In this document: positions 1 to 7,800 of the stretch, in pieces
How the letters are laid out: each line of letters opens with the position of its first letter
Numbering within the stretch: position 1 is the first letter of the stretch
Source of the DNA: an uncultured virus (IMG/VR IMGVR_UViG_3300020049_005154)
Lineage: Duplodnaviria > Heunggongvirae > Uroviricota > Caudoviricetes
Length of the DNA: 20,000 bases
Reading direction: 5' to 3' (one strand)
Virus record (IMG/VR): IMGVR_UViG_3300020049_005154
The notes under the pieces: model-generated
The model's input: the letters and a program-made list of their open reading frames with translations, nothing else
Told to the model about the DNA's origin: nothing
Database searches by the model: none
Translations under genes and position numbers: made by a program

Positions 1-1
1 G

Positions 2-52
2 TTGCGCAACGTAGTTGTGGAAGTACCGCTTGAAGGTATCCAACCAGGATAA
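2..52 (+). CDS. 3' end of an upstream gene (partial, ...LRNVVVEVPLEGIQPG*)
   Basis: Open frame from the window edge to TAA at 50-52, followed by the AAGGAG RBS of the next ORF; only 16 codons visible. Confidence 0.45.
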   Translation: MRNVVVEVPLEGIQPG

Positions 53-63
53 GGAGCATTAGG

Positions 64-285
64 ATGAATGACGTAAATAGTAGTACTCAGCCCGCGCGCT
101 TCCGCGTCGGCCAGCGCGTCGTCTGGAGCGAGCTAGTCGTCTTTATCCCACGCCGCATAGTCGAGAAGTGGACTGGCAGCGTCGTGTCTGTGGAGGAACT
201 GAACTTCTTTACCGTCAGGCTTGATGCCGGTGGAGAACAGCTCTGTCACGAATCCGAACTGGAGCCCGCCGATGCCCACGAATGA
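64..285 (+). CDS. Small hypothetical phage protein, SH3/KOW-like beta-barrel
   Basis: AAGGAG at 51-56; pattern FRVGQRV...WTGSVVSV...FTVRLD...CHESEL is typical of small SH3-fold phage proteins. Confidence 0.65.
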   Translation: MNDVNSSTQPARFRVGQRVVWSELVVFIPRRIVEKWTGSVVSVEELNFFTVRLDAGGEQLCHESELEPADAHE

Positions 286-721
286 AACCCGCGCGCCGGA
301 GCGGTGCCCGAGGTGCGGAGCCAATCCGCCAACAGGAAGCGGGACACAGGGCGGCGTCCGTGCCGTCTCTTTCCCGTGCGGATCGGCATGGAGGGAGGAC
401 GGAGACAACTACCAATCGGCGGGCTGCATCCGTGCCGAGCGCGACGCCCTCCTCGCGCGGCTCGCCGAACTCGACGAATTGCTCGAAGGGCTCAGCGAAC
501 TCGCCCGCGACGTTGAGGAGCAGCACGCCGAAGCGCTCGCCCGCCGGATTCTGTCCCTTGTGACGGAAGCGAAGATGGGTCACGCCGAAGCGCTCGCTTT
601 CGAGACGAAGCAACCGGGCGGGATTCCGAAGCGCATCGCGGCGAAGGTTCAGACGATCCACGCGGCGATTGAGGAACTCGGAACGCTTCGCGCCGCCGCA
701 GCCGAGGCAACCGCCCGATGA
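272..721 (+). CDS. Hypothetical protein with Cys cluster (CPRC...C...C) and coiled-coil C-terminus
   Basis: Same frame as track ORF 221..721; start moved to ATG 272 because GGAG lies at 261-264. Heptad-like helix ERDALLARLAELDELL. Confidence 0.65.
   Translation: MPTNETRAPERCPRCGANPPTGSGTQGGVRAVSFPCGSAWREDGDNYQSAGCIRAERDALLARLAELDELLEGLSELARDVEEQHAEALARRILSLVTEAKMGHAEALAFETKQPGGIPKRIAAKVQTIHAAIEELGTLRAAAAEATAR
524..597 (+). repeat. 17-bp direct repeat CACGCCGAAGCGCTCGC (524-540 and 581-597)
   Basis: Exact in-frame duplication; HAEALA appears twice in the protein. Confidence 0.85.
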
Positions 722-828
722 ACTCGCCCGCCCGCTATTGGCCGACTCGCCCCGATGGAACGAACAAGACTATTCGCGAAATGACACGCGCCGAACAAGA
801 CCGCGAAGGAGATAACTAACCCAGGATA

Positions 829-2343
829 ATGCACACTATCCACATCTACAATAACAGATGTCAGTTTATAGATGCTGACCAAGTTAAATTCTTGACTGCG
901 TGGAAGCTATACCATGCAGGCATTACTCCGTATAAAGACAGACACTTTAGGGAAACTACTAACAGGAAGAATGAAGCTAGCGGAGACCCTAGGCGTATGC
1001 CGTTGACAGTAGAGCTAGTAACTCCTCCACCTATCTGCACCTTTGGTCTAGGTATGCTGCATGGTATTGTTACCAAGATACTTGGACCAAAGAATGTGAA
1101 GGTAATTGATAAGAGGTTGAAGCCTGCTAAGGTATACGATTGGGAATTCAACTTCCCTCATACGTTCTACCCTAAACAATCAGAGGCAGTTAACAGTTTC
1201 CTAAATTCATGGATGGGTAAAGGAGTACTACATTGCGCTTGTTCTTCTGGAAAGACCCCTATGGCTGGGGCTATTACTGCTACACTAGGGGTACCTACAG
1301 CTATCTTTGTAAATTCTGCACAATTACTTAGACAGCTTAGAAAAGAGTTTGAGAAGTTCTTTGAGACGGAGGTAGGTATCCTAGGTGATAGCGAGTACGA
1401 ATGGCAGCCTATTACTGTAGTGTCAGTAGACACCTTCATTGAGTATCTACATAACCCTATTGACACACCTAGAAATAAAGTAGCTAGGATGGTGCATGAG
1501 TTAACCAAGCTAGCTATACATGATGAATGTCATAGAGCTACGTCTGATACATGGAATGAGTGCGCTATGGCTCTAGAGTGCTACTACACATTAGGACTAA
1601 GTGCCACACCTACTAAGGGGTGTGCTGCTAGGGATAACAGGCTACTGTCCATGTGTGGGCATGTGCTAGCTAAGATTACAGATGAAGACTTGCAAGCAGT
1701 AGAGAGGAATGCACCTACCTATGTAATCTCTATTCCTTGTAGTTCTCCTAGACATCTGTTTGATAGCGATAAACCTAGCTGGATACTAGATAAGCCACTA
1801 CTCACTAACAACATTACTAGGAATGACATCATAGCGGAGGTAGCCAAGACATGCGAGAATGCTGGGCTACGTACACTAATCCCTGTTGATTTCTCTACTC
1901 ATGTGGATCAGATACAGGAAGCATTGAAGAAGTTTAGGGTGCGTAGTGTGGCAGTAACGGGGAAGATGAAAGTCATTCAAAGGAATGCCGTAATTCAGCA
2001 GCTTAAAGAGCTAGACATTTCTACTATCGTATCTACTAGGGTAATGGATACCGGCATTGATATACCTGAGCTAGCTGTAGTTATTGACGCCGGTAAGAAG
2101 TCTGATGCTGTTACTACAGAGCAGACTAAGGGGCGCATCAAGCGTAAGAAGCCAGGAGATATTTACAATGTAGGCTTCTACATTGTGATTGCTGATACTA
2201 CTCATGGTGCTCTGATTGGCAGGCACAAGAAGATTATCAAGACATTGCAGAATGATACTACCTGTACATTCCATACAGTGCAGTCTATAACAGAACTTAG
2301 ACAATTAATTTCAAATATCCTAGGAGTACATGCTAATGCCTGA
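829..2343 (+). CDS. Superfamily 2 DExH helicase (UvsW / T5 D10-like)
   Basis: Motif I CACSSGKT, motif II DECH, motif III SAT, motif V TGIDIP, motif VI QTKGRIKR; 504 aa. Confidence 0.9.
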   Translation: MHTIHIYNNRCQFIDADQVKFLTAWKLYHAGITPYKDRHFRETTNRKNEASGDPRRMPLTVELVTPPPICTFGLGMLHGIVTKILGPKNVKVIDKRLKPAKVYDWEFNFPHTFYPKQSEAVNSFLNSWMGKGVLHCACSSGKTPMAGAITATLGVPTAIFVNSAQLLRQLRKEFEKFFETEVGILGDSEYEWQPITVVSVDTFIEYLHNPIDTPRNKVARMVHELTKLAIHDECHRATSDTWNECAMALECYYTLGLSATPTKGCAARDNRLLSMCGHVLAKITDEDLQAVERNAPTYVISIPCSSPRHLFDSDKPSWILDKPLLTNNITRNDIIAEVAKTCENAGLRTLIPVDFSTHVDQIQEALKKFRVRSVAVTGKMKVIQRNAVIQQLKELDISTIVSTRVMDTGIDIPELAVVIDAGKKSDAVTTEQTKGRIKRKKPGDIYNVGFYIVIADTTHGALIGRHKKIIKTLQNDTTCTFHTVQSITELRQLISNILGVHANA

Positions 2344-2536
2344 AATTATCTGGGCAATTTCAACATTGGTAGTTCTAACATGGTGCGTACATGCTATCAT
2401 CTGCCACAATAAAACATTCAAACACGGCATGACTATCGTTAAGTGTTTAGAAGATAGAGTTAAGCATCTAGAAGACGCTAGGAGTGCAGAGATTAAGCAA
2501 AAGATAGAAGATTGGAAGACCTCTAAGGGGCTATAG
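2330..2536 (+). CDS. Small membrane-anchored hypothetical protein
   Basis: AGGAG upstream; hydrophobic N-terminus IIWAISTLVVLTWCVHAII followed by a charged helix. Confidence 0.6.
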   Translation: MLMPEIIWAISTLVVLTWCVHAIICHNKTFKHGMTIVKCLEDRVKHLEDARSAEIKQKIEDWKTSKGL

Positions 2537-2537
2537 C

Positions 2538-2753
2538 ATGAGCTATGATCCTACACCTTACTCATATAGCAGGCCCGGCGGTAAAGCTAAGTCTAGAAGT
2601 AAGCACATAAAGAATCGAGGAAAGAACTATGCCAGTAGGAACAAGTGGAAAGAAGAAGAAGAAGGCATCGAAGATTACCCTTGTGTTTACGGCGAGCCAA
2701 CAAGCATTCGACGAATACTCGAAGACGGTAGCAGAAACAGAGAAGGGAAGTAA
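2538..2753 (+). CDS. Possible small basic hypothetical protein (overlaps the next ORF)
   Basis: ATG 1 nt after the previous stop with AAGGGG upstream, but overlaps 2629..2922 by 125 nt. Confidence 0.3.
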   Translation: MSYDPTPYSYSRPGGKAKSRSKHIKNRGKNYASRNKWKEEEEGIEDYPCVYGEPTSIRRILEDGSRNREGK

Positions 2754-2922
2754 GAAGAAGAAGACTACAGTAATGTATATCCATACTGAGAATTTGTTTA
2801 GAGGGTATGTGCCCTCTGAATGCAAGACAGTGTTCATTCATCCAGTACCGCTGTGGGTATATTCTGAGAAGTTTCAAGCAAGGCTAACATCATTCCAGAT
2901 CAAAGGACAGCAACATGCTTAA
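2629..2922 (+). CDS. Lys-rich hypothetical protein
   Basis: GAGG RBS upstream; stop overlaps the start of the next gene; two GKKKK/SKKKK patches. Confidence 0.6.
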   Translation: MPVGTSGKKKKKASKITLVFTASQQAFDEYSKTVAETEKGSKKKKTTVMYIHTENLFRGYVPSECKTVFIHPVPLWVYSEKFQARLTSFQIKGQQHA

Positions 2923-3529
2923 GACCCCTGTATCTCGTGAAGCTAGGGTTTGTGAGAAGTGCAAGGGCTTCATGGCTAAGGGCGAGAAGTACTACACATG
3001 GCAAGTTAGAATCTCTCATGGGCATTCAGTAACACATAAGCGTTGCTTGAATTGCAGGCCACGGCCAAGCGAGATGGCTTCTGGCAGGGCAGCAGAGATT
3101 CTATCGGCAGTAGAGTCGGCAGAAGATAGCATTAGTAATTTGCGCACTGTTGATAGAGATAGCAGAGATGTTGCTGATGTTGAAAACATTCTTAGTGATC
3201 TGTATGATACACTAGAGGGCGTTAAGGATGAACTAGACGGCAACATCAGTAGCCTAGAAGATTCATTTCCTGGACATGCTAGGCTAGAAGATATGCAAGG
3301 TAAGTCTTCTCAGCTAGAAGAGATGATGAGCATAGTAGACTCAGCTAAGGATAACCTTCCTGAATATGTAGGGCTAGCAGTAGAGGAAGAAGAGCCTGAC
3401 CCTGACGACGAAGATGCCGAAGCAGAAGAGAAGGAGAAGATTGCGGAAGCTTGGATCGAAGCAGATGCACAATGGGAAGCTGTGCTTGATGCAGCACAAG
3501 AAGCAATCAGCGAGGTATGCGTACCTTGA
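2915..3529 (+). CDS. Zinc-finger plus acidic coiled-coil hypothetical protein
   Basis: CEKC...CLNC pair, then long acidic amphipathic helices and an EEEEPDPDDED tract; AAGGA RBS. Confidence 0.8.
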   Translation: MLKTPVSREARVCEKCKGFMAKGEKYYTWQVRISHGHSVTHKRCLNCRPRPSEMASGRAAEILSAVESAEDSISNLRTVDRDSRDVADVENILSDLYDTLEGVKDELDGNISSLEDSFPGHARLEDMQGKSSQLEEMMSIVDSAKDNLPEYVGLAVEEEEPDPDDEDAEAEEKEKIAEAWIEADAQWEAVLDAAQEAISEVCVP

Positions 3530-3693
3530 GCACGGCTGAATACCCTACAGGCAAATTTGTTATGCTGATACATCCTAAAGCTAGGACTGTACTGAGGGTA
3601 GCGTTTACACCAAAACCTTTCAGGTACAGAGACTTGCTTAAGAGGCGGGCATTGAACAAGATGGCAGCTAAGTCAAGGAGGCGCAACCGATGA
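3526..3693 (+). CDS. Small basic protein (55 aa, TTG start; alternative ATG at 3517), not in the ORF track
   Basis: Fills the gap exactly with TTGA and ATGA overlaps at the two ends; GAGG at 3512-3515; ends RRALNKMAAKSRRRNR. Confidence 0.7.
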   Translation: MSTAEYPTGKFVMLIHPKARTVLRVAFTPKPFRYRDLLKRRALNKMAAKSRRRNR

Positions 3694-4541
3694 ACCTACT
3701 AACTAAGTTAAGGTACAAGATAGGGCATGATAGATACTACTCCATAGCTAGGAAAGTCTATCAAGCCCTATCATTCACAGCAATAGGTAGAGGATTTACC
3801 TGCAACTGTTGCGGTAAGTCCTATAGAACTACATGGTTCAAGGCTAAACTATGCCCCGGTTGCGGCAGCTACCCTAGGCACAGGCTGCTAGTAGCCTACC
3901 TTGCTAGGTATGAAGGGCATGGCGTTAGGCACATCCTACATGTAGCGCCTGAACCCTTCTTAGCTAAGACAATGAAGAAGCTATTTCCTGATGCAGTGTA
4001 TGTGCCTATAGACTTGAACGCTAGTAAGGGTACAGTACAGGCCGATCTATGTAGGCTAGAATTCCTGGCATCAGAGACCTTTGATCTAGTTATCTGTATG
4101 CAGGTACTAGAGCATATACCTGATGACTACCATGCCATGTATGAGATAGGTAGACTGCTATCCCGTAGCGGTACGGCCATCATTCAAGTACCTATCGGTA
4201 ATGAATTCAAGGAAGACTTTAGTATTACTGACCCGTACCAAAGAGAGCTAGCATTCGGGCAGTGGGATCATGTACGAGTATACGATAGTATTACTCTGGC
4301 CCGTAGACTAGAACATACTGGATGGTTCGATGTAAGCTATCCTACCCATCGCGGCGATGATTGTATTGAAGGGTACATGACTTGTGAGCGTGAGAATCAT
4401 GTGCCTGAATTAGAATACTTACTTAGACTGTACAGAAAGTACAGCACCTTTGAGCATGGCAAGCCAGATAAGGGTAGGTCTAAACACTACTACTGGAATT
4501 GCCCAACTTGCCGTAGGCCAGTAGACTCGCCAATGAATTGA
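3690..4541 (+). CDS. Class I SAM-dependent methyltransferase (type 11-like) with N-terminal zinc ribbon
   Basis: CNCC...CPGCGSYPRHRL, ILHVAPE, FDLVICMQVLEHIPDD, IIQVP, FGQWDHVRVY; AAGGAGG RBS. Confidence 0.88.
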   Translation: MNLLTKLRYKIGHDRYYSIARKVYQALSFTAIGRGFTCNCCGKSYRTTWFKAKLCPGCGSYPRHRLLVAYLARYEGHGVRHILHVAPEPFLAKTMKKLFPDAVYVPIDLNASKGTVQADLCRLEFLASETFDLVICMQVLEHIPDDYHAMYEIGRLLSRSGTAIIQVPIGNEFKEDFSITDPYQRELAFGQWDHVRVYDSITLARRLEHTGWFDVSYPTHRGDDCIEGYMTCERENHVPELEYLLRLYRKYSTFEHGKPDKGRSKHYYWNCPTCRRPVDSPMN

Positions 4542-4549
4542 GGCTAGCG

Positions 4550-5536
4550 ATGGATGATGTAAGAGAGAAGATACGTAAGCTGCAAGCATTGGCAGATAAT
4601 ACAACTTTCCCTGCTGAGAGGAAGGTTGCGCTAGATAAGATCGCACAACTGAAGGCTGCTAATCCTACGGTCGATACTACACCTAAAAGTAAAGCTAAAC
4701 CGCGTGTTGATAACTACGCCTACAACGATTTTGGGTACGCCTCTTTCAGGGAAGACCTAGAACGAGAGCTTAAGCGGGCTAGGGCTAAAGTTGATGCAGA
4801 AAATGAACGTAGATATAAAGAAGCTCAGAGGGAGTACCAAAGACAAGCTGACAAGGAGAGGGCTGACAAGGAAAGATACGACCAAGCGCCTATTTCCATT
4901 ACAGGCTGGCAATGGAGTAAGGGAGTGCGGCCACCGTCTGACTACGTTCCGATCAGCTACTCCCACACACTAGATGAGTACAGATTTGTACATAAGTCTA
5001 AGTACAATAAAGCACATGAAAACAGGCCATATATTGCACCTACCTGGGGGCCGTGGGCTGAGGCTGCTAAAGAAACGCCTAAAGAAGAGCGCAAGGATAT
5101 GTGGATTAGCTATGAATTCTATAGAGACCACAAGAACTTAATACCTGCTGACTACTTCCCTGAATGGTATGACATACCTAAGAATGCTTGGGTGTTTGTA
5201 CCTAAAGAACGTAGAGGTATTAAGGGCGCTCCTATCAATGCCTTTGAAGCTACCTGGTTCCCGGACAGCATAGAGCCGCCCGATATTAGTATAACCAGAA
5301 ATGCTTACGAAGATGGCAAGAGAGCACCAGACGGGTACGAATATTACGAGTATGACGCGGCCAAGGAAATTGCTACATTCAGGCACAAGAGTAGGATGCC
5401 TAAGAAAGCACCAGAGCCAGCTAAGCCATATCAATCCTACACTAGCTACACTGGCAAATATACTGACGGCCCGGTATTTAATGTGGATATGCTAGATGAA
5501 ATGCTTAGAAACTTCGCTAAAGTGAATAAGCCATGA
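4550..5536 (+). CDS. Protein with DUF2786-like N-terminal helical hairpin, coiled coil and three internal ~37-aa repeats
   Basis: REKIRKLQALADNTTFPAERKVALDKIAQL resembles DUF2786; ATG 4550 has GAGG upstream (track start is TTG 4538). Confidence 0.75.
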   Translation: MDDVREKIRKLQALADNTTFPAERKVALDKIAQLKAANPTVDTTPKSKAKPRVDNYAYNDFGYASFREDLERELKRARAKVDAENERRYKEAQREYQRQADKERADKERYDQAPISITGWQWSKGVRPPSDYVPISYSHTLDEYRFVHKSKYNKAHENRPYIAPTWGPWAEAAKETPKEERKDMWISYEFYRDHKNLIPADYFPEWYDIPKNAWVFVPKERRGIKGAPINAFEATWFPDSIEPPDISITRNAYEDGKRAPDGYEYYEYDAAKEIATFRHKSRMPKKAPEPAKPYQSYTSYTGKYTDGPVFNVDMLDEMLRNFAKVNKP

Positions 5537-6264
5537 ACATAATCCCTAAAGAAGCAGTACTAGGATTTGCTTTCGATAAGGATATGTATATCCGGGACTC
5601 TAACAAAGAGTGGGATGTCTTTGTTACTGCTTACCCTCACGGCATAGATAGCTTCAAGGTACTGCTAGTTGATAGAGACCCAGACCTGCTTGAATACTTC
5701 CATGCCTATAACCTATGCAAGATGTTCTATAGGCTGCAAGAAGCAGATGATCCGGCTAACAAGTACATACCGACTAAGGTAAAGAACTTGTTTAGCAAGC
5801 ACATGAAACAATGGAGATTGCTTGGCGAGCTTCTTGCTACCAAAGGGCTCCCCGCTGCGGGATACCTTAAGGCACAGATTAAGTACCTACCTAAAGACAA
5901 GTGTAGACCTACTGCATTACTGTCTGCTAATGCCTTAGAGAGATGGGAAAGATACAAGAGAACTGAGCTAGCTAAGGTAGTACTAAGCAAGGATAAGGAA
6001 GAAGCACTACGTAAGCTAGCAACAGAAGAAGATGCTGACCGCAGTTATAGGTACTATGCCGGAGAGAGGTACTTCCTCTGGCTTAAGGGTATGGTCAAGG
6101 GCAACATGACAGATGAAGAGCTTATCTGGAATGAAGTCCTAGCTATCTCCCCCGATTACCTCATTACTCGTACAGAGTTTACAAGCAACTATGTTCCTGG
6201 AATCCATCCCCTATTAGACAGAAGGGTGAATGAGGCTATGATACGTGCAAGAGCCACTAAATAA
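5533..6264 (+). CDS. Hypothetical helical protein, possible helicase loader or initiator
   Basis: 243-aa ORF with ATGA coupling, overlapping the start of the SF4 helicase; function inferred from position only. Confidence 0.7.
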   Translation: MNIIPKEAVLGFAFDKDMYIRDSNKEWDVFVTAYPHGIDSFKVLLVDRDPDLLEYFHAYNLCKMFYRLQEADDPANKYIPTKVKNLFSKHMKQWRLLGELLATKGLPAAGYLKAQIKYLPKDKCRPTALLSANALERWERYKRTELAKVVLSKDKEEALRKLATEEDADRSYRYYAGERYFLWLKGMVKGNMTDEELIWNEVLAISPDYLITRTEFTSNYVPGIHPLLDRRVNEAMIRARATK

Positions 6265-7582
6265 ACCTAGCGTAGTAGAAGGCACCTATGGGGCTATGAT
6301 GCTTACGCTAGATATGCAGCGTAAGATATTAGCCCTGATATGTAGAAGGCCAGACTTCCTCCCTAGATTTGCCTCCATCGTTAAGCCTGCTTACTTCTAC
6401 CCTTCAGAGATTAGGGTTGACATATGCAGACTATGTATTGAATACTTCAACAAGTATAAAACAGGGCCAACACCTGATGCAGTAGCTCAAATGATTACCA
6501 CTATGGTAGTCAATGACTCGGAGAAGTTTAAGATTCATCAAGCTTACTTCGATGAACTTAACCTGCTGGTAAGCTACTCACTGATTGAAGAGCAATTCAT
6601 TACGGATACAGCTATCACCTTTGCTACATCCTATGAACTATACATGGCAGGTACTAAGCTCAGAGATGTACTGATGAAAGGAGACTTGGCAGGGTGCAGG
6701 AAGGTACTGCCCATGTTCCAAGAAGCTTCAAGGATTGGGCAGGACAAGAAAGATATTGGGTCTAGGTTTGCAGATGGTGCATGGATTGACACTCCCCCTA
6801 GGCATGGTATTCTTCCCACCATGCTCCCTACTCTTGATGGCTACCTATGCGGCGGGCTAGCAAGAGGAGAAATGGGAGTCATAGCAGCACCAATGAAAAG
6901 GTTCAAATCTGGTGCTCTGATTAACATAGCTATTGCTGCTATGATGTATGCCGGGTACACAGTAGTACACCTTACAATGGAGCTAACCATACCAGAAGTA
7001 GAGGATAGGTATGCTAGGGCTCTGTTGCGTAAGTTTAGAGGGGTGCATACTGCTGATGATATGCGGCAAGGGCTTAATGATCTACTGGCTAAGCATAAGG
7101 TAGACTTGATTACTAAACACTGGTCCATTGGTACAGCTAAGCCAGAACAAATCAAGGACTACCTGCGCAACCTAGTAAGCATTGGTGCTATCGTTCCATC
7201 AGAGGGTAAGCTGCTAATCATTTGCGATTACCCTGGCTGTATGTACGAGGACAGAGGCAAAGGTCAGAATAGAAGCACCAATATACAGGATAACTATAGA
7301 GCTATGATTCAGATAGCTCAAGAGTTTAACTGCCCTGTATGGTGCGCAGCACAGATGAACAACGATGGCTTCAGGAAAGAAGTTACCGACCAACAGGACC
7401 TAGCTTGGTGTAAGGCCATAGCTGCCGATGCTCATGTGATCCTAACACTATGCCAAACTAAGGATGAGTTTGAAAGAAAAGAACTACGTATCTACACAGC
7501 AGTAGTTAGAGCCGGTAAGATGTATCAGATAGTTAAGATGATGTGCGACCCTGAAACTACGTGGACATGGTTTGAAGCATGA
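6245..7582 (+). CDS. Replicative SF4 DNA helicase (DnaB / T4 gp41-like)
   Basis: LDGYLCGGLARGEMGVIAA, Walker A variant APMKRFKS, H1a HLTMEL, H2 ICDY, H3 VWCAAQMN; helical N-terminal domain; GTG start. Confidence 0.88.
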   Translation: MQEPLNKPSVVEGTYGAMMLTLDMQRKILALICRRPDFLPRFASIVKPAYFYPSEIRVDICRLCIEYFNKYKTGPTPDAVAQMITTMVVNDSEKFKIHQAYFDELNLLVSYSLIEEQFITDTAITFATSYELYMAGTKLRDVLMKGDLAGCRKVLPMFQEASRIGQDKKDIGSRFADGAWIDTPPRHGILPTMLPTLDGYLCGGLARGEMGVIAAPMKRFKSGALINIAIAAMMYAGYTVVHLTMELTIPEVEDRYARALLRKFRGVHTADDMRQGLNDLLAKHKVDLITKHWSIGTAKPEQIKDYLRNLVSIGAIVPSEGKLLIICDYPGCMYEDRGKGQNRSTNIQDNYRAMIQIAQEFNCPVWCAAQMNNDGFRKEVTDQQDLAWCKAIAADAHVILTLCQTKDEFERKELRIYTAVVRAGKMYQIVKMMCDPETTWTWFEA

Positions 7583-7800
7583 AACGATACGATGTATATT
7601 ACGATAGTATGCAAGAAGATGTCGAAGGCAGGTATGTAAAGTATGAAGATGTCGAAGCCAAACTGCGCGCATTCGATATGCTATACGAAGCTGCTAAGAA
7701 TTGTACTGAATATACTGGCGAGAGTAAGTTACTAGAATATGCAGAGCTTAGCTCTATAGTTAATGATGTTCGTAATATGAATCTGCGAGACACAGAATGA
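7579..7800 (+). CDS. Small hypothetical phage protein
   Basis: ATGA overlaps at both ends; GRYVKYED motif is typical of small phage proteins. Confidence 0.7.
   Translation: MKRYDVYYDSMQEDVEGRYVKYEDVEAKLRAFDMLYEAAKNCTEYTGESKLLEYAELSSIVNDVRNMNLRDTE

Larger units (their letters stand above)
44..829. mobile_element. Putative inserted GC-rich cassette bounded by a 9-bp direct repeat CCAGGATAA (44-52 and 821-829)
   Basis: Identical 9-mers at both ends; the interior (about 91-810) is visibly GC- and CpG-rich, unlike the rest of the window. No transposase or integrase inside. Confidence 0.45.

Noticed and set aside
718..783. 21-codon ORF MNSPARYWPTRPMERTRLFAK starting at an ATGA overlap
   Set aside because: Too short and featureless to support as a gene.
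3690..4541. Methyltransferase as a classical CTAG-specific DNA methyltransferase
   Set aside because: It lacks the DPPY/NPPY/SPPY or PC catalytic motifs and a target-recognition domain.
4846..4874. Tandem GCTGACAAGGA(G/A)AG repeat (ADKER twice); similarly GAAGATGTCGAAG twice near 7615-7657
   Set aside because: Only two short in-frame copies inside coding sequence; not a CRISPR array or iteron set.
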